A stretch of DNA of 63,610 bases, the filler included, from Globobulimina sp. (taxonomy: Eukaryota), in NCBI GenBank assembly GCA_003354225.1. It is 17 parts of 17 records of this genome, joined end to end, with 100 filler letters (N's around TTAATTAATTAA, not from the genome) between each part and the next. Parts side by side here need not be neighbours in the genome. Positions count along the whole stretch, not along the records: positions 22,505 to 26,153 come from PIVH01002327.1; positions 26,254 to 29,901 come from PIVH01002328.1; positions 30,002 to 33,649 come from PIVH01002329.1; positions 33,750 to 37,396 come from PIVH01002330.1; 13 more parts are not named here. One strand, given 5' to 3'. The notes beneath the pieces are model-generated. The model did not search any database and had not been told where the DNA came from. It worked only from the letters and a program-made list of their open reading frames with translations. Below, piece by piece: positions 25,285-35,587 of this stretch (position 1 is the first letter of the stretch; each line of letters starts with the position of its first letter). The translations under genes were made by a program, and so were the position numbers.

Positions 25285-26257
25285 ATCAAAGAGTGTTTGA
25301 TTGATTCTGAATAAATTATAAAGTTATTTTAAAGAAAACAGTTTAATGGATCTGGATTCCTATGAATCGAATTTGAATATTAATAGCAGTTATTTTTGAT
25401 AATGATTAAATTATGATTAATGTATACACATTAATTGTGTTAATAAATGATGCATTTTTTATATTTTATGACTACACCACAAGTAACTGGACGTGTAGTG
25501 TGTATAAATACAGTTAATTTATACTTGTTGATGATTGTCAAACAATCAAACACGAACTGGCAAAGCCGAAATCTGTTACTTTTATTGAGTTTGACACATT
25601 TAATCATTACAAATAAGAATAAACAAACAAATAAATAATTCAAAGTAAAAATTGCATACAAGAATTTCTATCATTTGGCACCGACGTCTTATTTAAGGTT
25701 CACATGCGGTTTTTTTTAAATTCATTTCTTGTGAAAACGTTTTGTGTGAGCTGGTCATTTATGACCAGACCATGGCTCAAACAACGAGGATAATAATGTT
25801 GTATTGTCCATGAGTGGTCGCAAGTGGATTCCGTAAATCTCAATCCCTAATGCGAAGTCATCCAGATATTGTATAAATGTATGAAATCCTATGGAAACGC
25901 TTATGGGTTGAATGTATAAATGGATCCAAATTCAATGCGATCGAATGAATGTGATATTATAAATCAAATATGTATACGTAATAATTTGAGAATAGATTGA
26001 ATCGTAAACAATTATGTGTATACAATCAAATTAAATTCGATGTTCAAAGACTGATCAATATAATTCAAGTGAGTTAATAATCAAATCCTAAATAAGTCGA
26101 TTAATCTCAATGCGAATCCAGTTAAAATGAGTCATGCAAATCGATATTATATTNNNNNNNNNNNNNNNNNNNNNNNNNNNNNNNNNNNNNNNNNNNNTTA
26201 ATTAATTAANNNNNNNNNNNNNNNNNNNNNNNNNNNNNNNNNNNNNNNNNNNNTAAT

Positions 26258-26564
26258 AGTGTGGACAGTTTCGCAGGGGTTTTAAAATTGTGGGTTAAAC
26301 ATTTGAGTAACATGTTCAACATGTTGTCTAAGAGCTGGCTGCACCAAATATAATATGCCTGCATGTTGAACAACATGTTTAACATGTTGCTTACCAGCAT
26401 GCTGCACCAAATTGAACAGTCTGATCAAAATGCCAACATGTTGGAGAAAGTGATTTAATAACATGTTCAACATGTTGTATCTCTAAAGTTACAATAGAAA
26501 CTCACAACATGTTCAACATGTTGCTGACCCACAGAATGAAAATCTCTTAAAAAGTGTCCACACT
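26258..26564. mobile_element. MITE-like element with terminal inverted repeats and internal AACATGTT palindromes
   Basis: AGTGTGGACA (26258-26267) and TGTCCACACT (26555-26564). AACATGTTYAACATGTT at 26309, 26372, 26460 and 26506. Confidence 0.6.
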
Positions 26565-26607
26565 CTTGTATACATAGTTTTATTGAGCTGAGAAAACAAT
26601 CTTTACA

Positions 26608-27636
26608 ATGGCAGCGGTTGATTTATTAGATTGCATTGCAACCGAACATAACGACGAAAACACTTTACAACCTGGTTTTAGATACAATAATTCAAATAAA
26701 TCAAAACGCTCCAATGGATATGAAACGGTTGCCATTGATATTGAGGCTGGAGATGCAACAGAACATAATCCACGCAATCCATTTGACGAAGTGAACGATA
26801 ATTTTAAGCAAGAAGATGATCCAGAAACTTATGTTGCAGTGTATAACCATATTAGATTAAATATTAAATCGATACAAACAAACATTGATTTTGTTTCAAA
26901 ATTACGTGATAATTTTAATTTGAGTGATTCCCAAAAACAATATCAATGTATTATGAACGAATTGGATGAAATCATGATGAAAAACAGCGGCATAACGAGG
27001 AAAATAAAGAATTTGTTGCAAGAAGAAAAGGCAAAGAATGATAAGTTGGGTTTATTGAAGGATCATAAATCGTCCTCATTGCTACAATGGAGAGTGAATA
27101 AGTTAAATAGCGCTGTTCGAGAATTTAAATTATTATCACTTGAGTTTGAAAGAGAATTGAATGAGACCCAAAATGCCTTAAAACAGAAAGAAAAAAGGAA
27201 ACTAATAGAGTTTGATGAAGAGAATGAATTAAATGAAGAGAAAATTGATTATATGGTGGAGCACCCAAACGAATTGGAATGTTTTTTACAGAAAAAATTC
27301 GAAGGCATGGCAGCCTCCGATGCGTTGCTAGAACGAGTGCATGAGTTAGAAGATAGACACGAGGGAATGTTGAAAATTGAGAGATCGATCAAGGAGTTGC
27401 ATGAGTTATGGATGGAATTGAATGTAATGGTGACTGAACAGCAGGAAAATTTGGATTTGATACAAGAAAATGTTGAACAAACTAAACATTATATGGAGAA
27501 AGCAAATAAGAATATAGTTTCTGCTGAAAAAAAGCAAAAAATGTCAAGAAAAATGGCCTGTTGTGCTGTATGTTTGTTATTGATTATTGTCATTGTTGTC
27601 ATTATTTTTGTTGGAGGATTTATAACATTCAAATGA
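26608..27636 (+). CDS. Syntaxin (Qa-SNARE, plasma-membrane type)
   Basis: Helical N-terminal region, SNARE motif ELEDRHEGMLKIERSIKELHELW...VTEQQENLD, C-terminal TM anchor. Confidence 0.93.
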   Translation: MAAVDLLDCIATEHNDENTLQPGFRYNNSNKSKRSNGYETVAIDIEAGDATEHNPRNPFDEVNDNFKQEDDPETYVAVYNHIRLNIKSIQTNIDFVSKLRDNFNLSDSQKQYQCIMNELDEIMMKNSGITRKIKNLLQEEKAKNDKLGLLKDHKSSSLLQWRVNKLNSAVREFKLLSLEFERELNETQNALKQKEKRKLIEFDEENELNEEKIDYMVEHPNELECFLQKKFEGMAASDALLERVHELEDRHEGMLKIERSIKELHELWMELNVMVTEQQENLDLIQENVEQTKHYMEKANKNIVSAEKKQKMSRKMACCAVCLLLIIVIVVIIFVGGFITFK

Positions 27637-27785
27637 TTCAATTAATTTCTTGAATGTTTCATTATTTTACATTTATTTTCCACTCTAACACTAACACTTA
27701 CATTTAGTTAACGAACCATTCCCTCTTCATTTTCTGCTGCGAACAGTCCATTGAATTAATCCAACGACAACATTTCTTTTTTGCA

Positions 27786-28601
27786 TTGAGTATGTTGTAC
27801 GAAAACCCACCACAACAAATAAGTGCATCTATTCATTTCATAGTCCATCAAATGAAGGCAACAACACTGGTATTCCTGGATTGGGACGACACTTTATTCC
27901 CCACCACCGCCTGCAGCAAGGATGGCCTTATCGCAGTGGGAGGACTCTCCGGATGGCGTCGTGAACAAATCAAAGCAAATATTGATGTCGCAAAATATAA
28001 AGATATTGGATTATTAGTTTATTATACTTTATCTAATTATATTTTGTGCTATGGAGCCTCGAATGTAAATATAGTGACAAATGGAGGACATCAATGGCCG
28101 CAAATCAGTTTACGCCATCTTTCGTTGGTAATAAAGGATAATATTTACATGGATATATTGACCTTATTGCAAACCTATAATATTACCATTGTATCCGCAC
28201 AATATCAATGGGCCAAATATTATCCATTCACGCCCGACATATGGAAATATAATGCATTTAAATATAATATATTATCCAAGTATTTTGATAGCGTATATCT
28301 GTCCGAAAATGGATACATTAAATTTATTACAATCGGCGATAGAGATATTGACCATAGCTCCATCACCAAATGTATCAACGATAGCGAATTCCAGGCGAAA
28401 ATTAAAAAATATAATGTGTATATAGCACATAAAAAATATAAATTAATGGAACAAACGTCGGTGATACAATTCCATCGACAAATGTTAGAATTGGCCAAAC
28501 AGCTCCCGACCAATGAATATTTCACTAAAAAATATATAAATTGCATAAATAATATGAATGGCTCCAACAAATCATATTTCACTCAGCATTTTGTAAAATA
28601 A
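27786..28601 (+). CDS. HAD-superfamily protein (DWDDTL type)
   Basis: FLDWDDTLFPT, IVTNG, IVSA, ITIGD. Confidence 0.75.
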   Translation: MSMLYENPPQQISASIHFIVHQMKATTLVFLDWDDTLFPTTACSKDGLIAVGGLSGWRREQIKANIDVAKYKDIGLLVYYTLSNYILCYGASNVNIVTNGGHQWPQISLRHLSLVIKDNIYMDILTLLQTYNITIVSAQYQWAKYYPFTPDIWKYNAFKYNILSKYFDSVYLSENGYIKFITIGDRDIDHSSITKCINDSEFQAKIKKYNVYIAHKKYKLMEQTSVIQFHRQMLELAKQLPTNEYFTKKYINCINNMNGSNKSYFTQHFVK

Positions 28602-29379
28602 CCATTACGCTGAAACGCAACAACATGAATCCGCAATAAATGCAAAATGTAACGGTATTCTCACCAAACAAAAATACAATAAAAAAAATACAATTATTTA
28701 TAGTACTGGTGATGTTTTTATATACGTACCGTCCTCAGACTTGTTATTTTTTTGTGATTCTGTGTTGATAATAAAGACAATATAGCTTGCTTTCTAACTG
28801 TGACGTTTTATATTTTGGTTGTTTCTGAGTGTGTTTTTTGTGTTTATTATATGTACCCCATATTTTGTGATACCATATGACTTTTTTTTTTTGTGATACC
28901 ATAATTTTTATAATTGAAAAAATAAAAAAAAATATGTAATCGGTTGGAAAAAAAATGTAACCGTCGATTTCAAATTTTCTTAATTGTATCATTATTTTTT
29001 TCTTTTTTTGTCATTAGAACCGCTCATCCTTGCACATACAAATTGATTTATGTCACTCAGTCTGGCACAAATCTATTGGCGCCGTAACCTCCTGTCACAG
29101 TGTGGTATGAGTCGTATGACTCGTATGACTGGTATCCTTGCACTAGAAATATATACTTAATTCAAAAAAAACTTGGTATGTAATCGTAAATGAGTAAAAT
29201 ATATTTAATTCAAAAAAACAAAAAAAACGTTGTCAATGTAATATGTGTTGTTTTATTTTTTTATCTAGGATTCAATTTTTATAATACTCAAAACTGAAAC
29301 CGTGCAAAATATAAAACATTTTCACACATTAATAAATTCAAAACAAAATGTGAATAAAAAAAACACGCCAATTATCAAC

Positions 29380-29901
29380 TTATAAAGTGTCTCTTTTCTT
29401 GAATAAAACAGCAGCATTGGTCCCACCAAACCCAAATGAATTCGACATGGCATACGCCGCATTATTAACTAATGGCTGCGGATCATTGGGCACTAAATTA
29501 ATATATTTCGGAACAATATCATCAGGAATCTCCAAATTCCGCGTTGGCGGTGCAATTCCGGTCTTTAATGCTTGCAAAGTCAAAGCACTTTCAATCGCAC
29601 CCGATGCTCCCAATAAATGTCCAATACTTGACTTTGTGCCCGAAACCCGGACATTTTGCTGTATCATATCCTCGACTATCTCAGTACCACCACTCAGATC
29701 ATCCGGACCGGACAATTTATAATTAACATCCCCTAAGTTATAGTGCAAGGTTTGTAGTATGGCTTTCAACTCCGTCTTATCGCCAACATCCGTGGAGGTT
29801 GCGTGCGCATTGATGTATCCTAAGCGTTCCGCCAAATGCCTGTCCCCCGTGTTATTCTTACCCATCTCCAATGCCAACTGCATGCATTTCTGTACGTGAT
29901 G
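29380..29901 (-). CDS. fabF: 3-oxoacyl-ACP synthase II-type, C-terminal part
   Basis: YINAHATST, TKSSIGHLLGASG, SNSFGFGGTN. Confidence 0.93.
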   Translation of the reverse strand, partial: HHVQKCMQLALEMGKNNTGDRHLAERLGYINAHATSTDVGDKTELKAILQTLHYNLGDVNYKLSGPDDLSGGTEIVEDMIQQNVRVSGTKSSIGHLLGASGAIESALTLQALKTGIAPPTRNLEIPDDIVPKYINLVPNDPQPLVNNAAYAMSNSFGFGGTNAAVLFKKRDTL

Positions 29902-30002
29902 NNNNNNNNNNNNNNNNNNNNNNNNNNNNNNNNNNNNNNNNNNNNTTAATTAATTAANNNNNNNNNNNNNNNNNNNNNNNNNNNNNNNNNNNNNNNNNNN
30001 NC

Positions 30003-30353
30003 AACTTCGTTTCCTTGATCAATACACCCAGAAATGTCAATAAATTAACATATGTTGACCTGTTTAAAGCGACACAAAAACACATTGCTAATTTACAAAT
30101 AATACTTTAGAAAATTAAAGCCCACACAAAACCCAAAGAACAGGTCTTCAATTGTGTTGCCGACAAACTTGCTTTTGTTGGTCGCAACCATCCGCAAAAC
30201 AGTAATCTCATTATACCCTCCATGAATTCTATATTATATGCAAAATATAAATGCTTTACCCTCTCACCCGAACCTAGTTTCGGGTTTGTTTATAATCTCG
30301 CAGGGTTGTTCCAGCAATCTGTGAGTCTGGAATCGGACCTCGAGCCCGATTGA
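30003..30353 (+). pseudogene. RNase H C-terminal fragment, likely retroelement-derived, in-frame TAG at 30108
   Basis: Manual translation IIL*KIKAHT...FNCVADKLA matches the RNase H KAH...N..ADxLA motif. Confidence 0.6.
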
Positions 30354-30491
30354 ATTTTGTCCCACTACTACTCAATCCAGCTCTACCATGACAGCCGCAC
30401 CAAAAATTCAGAACAAAATATCTAATGAATCATTTAAGTAGTTTTGAAGAACAACACGTTATTTTAACCCAAAATCATTTATAATTAACAA

Positions 30492-32028
30492 TCAACGATT
30501 AAAAATCTGCGAAAATAAATTAAACCCTCTCGCAACAATTTCTTTCTTCCAATCAACATATTCAGCATAAAAAACACTCTTTACTCTGTTCCGCGACATA
30601 TTCACCAAATCATCCATCCCTTCCATTAATATCAACTCTCCGTTCTTTTCCTGCTCAACATACCCATTGTACGCATTTGTAATCCCATTCTCTAATCGCA
30701 TAGCAGCCAAATTAAACACCATGTGATAAGTGCCAAACTCCTGTGTAACCAATAAATTATCCATATCTTTCCCATTCAATTTACTATCCACCAAGTTATC
30801 AATATGCTGAGATGTGAATCCATTCACAAATTTATAAGCTCCATCAAAAGAGTCCCCGCCAAGCACAATCAGCTCCTTTTCCATATGACCTGGCATTAAA
30901 ACATTGAGTTTTTGAATACCATCGTCATGATCAACTATTAATGTATCCCAACCATATGTACCTAAACCAGTATGTACATCGATTAAAGATATTTTATTTA
31001 TTTGTTGTTTCCACTCAGAATGTCTATCCTCAAACAACTGATTTGCTAGAAAATCCTGCAACATTTCATGCGATGTTTCCAATTTAAATGCTTCTCCGTT
31101 ATACTGCAAACCTTTTGGGTCAAACCATTGTCCCGTTAGTCCCGCACGTGATATGTGCGGGATTCCTGCACTATGCATACATTCAAATATATAATATTCA
31201 AAATGTGACACAAAAACTAAACGTAATGACATAATACGCCGCTTTGGGGAAAAATATCCAATAATACCATGCAAGCCAGACACTACGAAGAAAGGGAGAA
31301 CCTGTTCCAAGCACAGCTTTTAAATCATATTTCGGATTGAAAACTGTATTCAAATCTTGATAACCAAAAACGTTTCGATCTTTGGCTATCAATGCATCCC
31401 ATTCCTCCGCAGTTTTGTAATTCCGATTTAAATCGACATTGTTTTCATTGACTCTGCGACCAAAATGAAAGCCGTAAGGGTTTAATGCATGTACGAACAT
31501 AATAATTGGTGCGTTGTCGGAAAAGGAAAAGGTGTAATTCTCAAATAACGGAGACGTTGCTTGATTGTTTGTAATGTTTGATATATATTCTAATAGACCC
31601 AATTGAATAGCACTGCCAGCATGACCTTCCACGCCGTGCGTTGCTGATAAATGTATCAGTAAATGATTGGATGTTGAATGTTCATTAATTATCGTGATAT
31701 CTGTGTATAAATAGTTATCATTCTCGAGTTTATAGATTGGTAAATGATAAGTATTTGCATCGTTTATGGTGGCGGATAAGGCTAAGAATCGATGTCTGGC
31801 GTTGGTATAGTTGGCATTGAAGTATTTATCCGGACACAATGGATCTAATGCATCCTTGCAATAAACAGGAGATTTAGTATATTGTTTGTAACACCATATA
31901 GCTATCATTATCACTGCGATTTGAAATAAATGCTGTTTGGTTGATCTGCCTGATTTGTTTCTGCCTGATTTGATTCTTTGGAACCGCCTCCGTCGATTTT
32001 TTACTCTTTGTGGTACTGTGTCTGACAT
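30492..32028 (-). CDS. M14-like zinc metallopeptidase (DUF2817-like) with N-terminal membrane anchor
   Basis: THGVEG, NPYGF..RRVNENNVDLNRN, DVHTGLG, EFGT. Intron 31171-31222 joins the two ORFs in frame. Confidence 0.85.
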
Positions 32029-32109
32029 GTTTTAAGATAAAATAAAATTTAAGTACAGTGGTGTTTTTTTGTTACTTTCTTTTATTCCAAATCTCGTTCA
32101 AAATTTATA

Positions 32110-32916
32110 ATGGCAGAAGAAAAAAAACAAGTTTGCATAAAATTATATACAGTAAACCCGTTAAAAACGTACCGCTGTTTTGTTACAACAAATAGGAACG
32201 TTTTGCGTTACCAGCATTACCATGGCCGAAAGATGCGTTAAAAGATAAAGGAATATCACAGGAAACCATCGAATATCATTATGGTAAACATCACGCAGGT
32301 TTGAGTTATATGCAAAATCAGGAAATGTTGCAAAATAAACGTATGTATGCATGATCAGGATATGTCCGTAAATTAAACGCAGCGGATAAAGCCGGAAATG
32401 TAGCAAATGGCAAATCATTGGAAGAGTTGATCAAAGCGGATGACACTGCTGATAAAGTGTTCAATTTAGCCGCTCAAATATGGAATCATTCATTTTATTG
32501 GGAATCGTTAAGTATTATTTAAATTGACGCACTTTCGCATTTAATTATAAATATAACACAGAATGTCAGCGAATGGTGGGAAATGTGGCGATGATTTGAA
32601 TGTAGCCAAACAATTATGCTCTGATTTTGGTTCTTGCGAGAAATTTATTGATGCGTTTAAGGCCAAAGCAGGAAGTCATTTCGGTAGTGGATGGGTTTGG
32701 TTATCATTGAATGCCGATAAAAAATTGGTTATTACAGATGGCCATGACGCGTTTTGTCCGTTGAAGGATGGCTTAACCCCGATTTTAACCATTGATGTGT
32801 GGGAACATGCTTATTATGTGGATCAGAGGAATAATCGCGGTGCGTATATTGGTGTATTTGTGTCATGCATTAATTGGGATAAAGTGGAGGAAAGATTTAA
32901 TAATGCATGCAAATAA
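32110..32916 (+). CDS. sodB: Iron superoxide dismutase, 4 exons
   Basis: Introns 32131-32195, 32299-32358 and 32508-32561. HYGKHH, AAQIWNH (Fe-type), [16 protein letters not shown]. Confidence 0.95.
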
Positions 32917-33204
32917 AATATAAAAAACAATCAATATCTTTATATATTATTGAATATATAGTTGACTATAATTTAGTTTATATACTTGTATGTGTACTCA
33001 TTTTGCATGATACTAAACGGGTGACTTGTGCCTAGTTTCTGACTCTCAGAACAAGACCAAAGGATATTATCTACAGCTAGCGTTCAAAGAAATATGGTGG
33101 TGAGGAAAAGAATATTAATAAGATTACTGTAACAATGTCAATTAAAGTTACGAACAAATTAACTGAATTTGTAAATTTTTGAAATTCCATAAGTCTTCAA
33201 ATGT

Positions 33205-33438
33205 TTATGGATCGCAACAATCTCCACAATCAACTCCTGTGCCTTCAGAACATGAGATATCACAACATGCTCTGTCATAACAAGGAGAACATTCAGGTCC
33301 TCCAGCTTGAACTACCATTGCTTGAATAACCAAGAATAATACAAATAATATAACCTTACCAAGTACAAGTGAACAACATAGAATGTGATATTAATATCGT
33401 TAATATGTGGATAAAAATACCAAATGTGATAATTTCAT
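33205..33438 (-). CDS. Small secreted cysteine-rich peptide precursor (55 aa), 2 exons
   Basis: Exons 33421-33438 and 33205-33354, phase-0 intron 33355-33420 (GTATTT...TAAG). MKLSHLVILFVLFLVIQAMVVQA-GGPECSPCYDRACCDISCSEGTGVDCGDCCDP. Confidence 0.75.
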
Positions 33439-33793
33439 TTTATTTGATGCTCTCTATATACAGCGCCTGTGTACAGATTCAACAATATGTAGAATTTCCA
33501 GACACAATATCAAATTATCAACACTAACTTTAGCAGTCTGGCTCAGATGATATTTCTGTGTTTTGTTTTGGAAGAAAGGTCAAGAAACGATGGCAGTTAG
33601 TAACACTGAAGTTTTTTTTGTGTATCTTGAGTTATTGTCATAGTGAATGNNNNNNNNNNNNNNNNNNNNNNNNNNNNNNNNNNNNNNNNNNNNTTAATTA
33701 ATTAANNNNNNNNNNNNNNNNNNNNNNNNNNNNNNNNNNNNNNNNNNNNTACTACCGAAGGGCTTTAGCTGCAAGCGTTCTAAAAAGTGATTC

Positions 33794-34894
33794 TTGTCCC
33801 TTTGGAACATCTATCAAGATATACATATCCAAAAATTCATTACAAAATTAGCTCTTGCCAGAATATTACTAATGGTAAATCTAACAAGAATTATACAGAT
33901 ATTATTATTAGGAGCTGTTGTAGCTATCATTAAAACATATAAATATCGAAGTAAGAGAGGACATTATCGCTTTGCAGCATTTATATCCACTCAACAAATA
34001 TTATCAGATTATGATTTGTTTAAAAAATGCACACGATTTGAGCCAGAAATATGGTGGACGTATTTGTATCAACCGATCCAACATTTATTGAATCATGGAC
34101 GCGAATTTTTTCTTAATCCAGCCATACATCAAAGAGTGAGAAGGAGAGTGATGCCAAAGGCTCTGCGTTTGATTCGGTTTTGTATGAGATTCGCAGGTTG
34201 GAGCACAACAGCATTAGAATTAATATTTGGACAATCTATACAAACCATTAACAGAGATTGTAAATTTATTTGTCATGTTATAATTGAAGTATTATACCAA
34301 GAATACATTCATTTAGCTATACCAGCAACGGGTGAATATAATCGATGGTTAGGAGCTGGCGTATTTAGGCATCATTTCCATTCGAGTATGTATGCAATGG
34401 ATATATGCAAATTCGCCATAAGAAAACCCCGAGTCAATCAAAGGGATTATTTTGATGGGCATCATCATGGTCATAATGTTGGAGTAGGCGTTATATGCAA
34501 TGGATGGGGATGGCCCTGTTTAGTAACTGCCCCATTTCCCGGACGCATACAGGATGGAACCATATGGCATCGGATTAAAGTTTATGGTAATTTGGGTCTC
34601 AAAATATTACCTAATAATTACATTCATGCGGATAGGATATTTCGCTATGAACCTCCACCGATATTAACGGCCTATACGGGATATAATGTATTTTTACCAC
34701 AGCATTTATTATTCAATTATTTTCATTCGAATTCGAGAATTATTGTTGAAAATCTATTCGGACGATTTAAATTAACATTTCCTATTTTCTTTTTATGGCG
34801 ATTTCCAATGGGATGGTTTGATTTATATTTACAAAGCGGAATGGTTATGATTTGTATTATTTTGAAGCATCAAAGTCCTTTGCGACAAATTTGA
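33794..34894 (+). mobile_element. PIF/Harbinger-type DDE transposase (DDE_Tnp_4-like)
   Basis: YAMDICK, PGRIQD, IHADRIF, RIIVENLFGRFK. Confidence 0.88.
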
Positions 34895-35587
34895 TTTGAT
34901 TTTATGTTTTATTTATTTTGTTTTGTATACATTTTTAAAACGTTTGCATCCTAGAAACGTTTTTGTAATATCCTTGCACACAAATATGAGTTATTGCGGT
35001 TGCATTTGATTCAGACTGCTAAACCACCGCTAAATCAATATATAAATTTGTAAGGAGATGAATTTAAAATTATAAGCAATATTTCTAAAAATAAAAATAA
35101 AAACAAACATGCTAAACAAACAAACCATATAAATATGCATGAATTTGATACAAAAACAAAACAAAAATAACAAAAATGCAAATAATTTATACAAAAGAAT
35201 ACTATTTTTTTGTTTGAAATAAAAATAAAAAGATAATAATAATAATAAAAAACAAAACAAATTAAAATCAACATAAAATTTACCTAAAAATTGCGAAAGG
35301 CGAAGGGTTAATTACTGCAAAATAGCTATAATTAAATCCCGCGCTGCGCTTTAAAAAAAAGTCACATGTAAAATAATCACACGTGAAACATACAAAAAAA
35401 CATAAAAACAATTACATGCAAAAAAATCCACGTAAAAATGTTCAAAATCAATCAAAAAATACATACATAATTCTAAAATCGTTCAAAATCAAATAAAAAA
35501 AGTCATGCACAAAAAAAATGCCTGAAAAATATGTGATAATTGCATGAAAATTATAACATAAAATGAATGAAAATATGAATAATCCCA

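Noticed and set aside
25760-25940. Minus-strand FIQYLDDFALG as an RT motif, with a short CTGGTCAT/ATGACCAG hairpin nearby
   Set aside because: Short frame with no other RT motifs; consistent with chance.
26309-26522. p53-like response elements
   Set aside because: Half-sites recur at 9 bp rather than 10 bp spacing, and nothing here indicates a p53-bearing lineage.
8049-30110. Stop-codon reassignment suggested by in-frame TAA (8049) and TAG (30108)
   Set aside because: Conserved genes such as SOD, PLPBP and FabF end at TAA, and long genes lack internal stops, so the code looks standard.
35300-35312. AGGG-TTAA as a piggyBac terminus
   Set aside because: No matching left end or piggyBac transposase on the contig.
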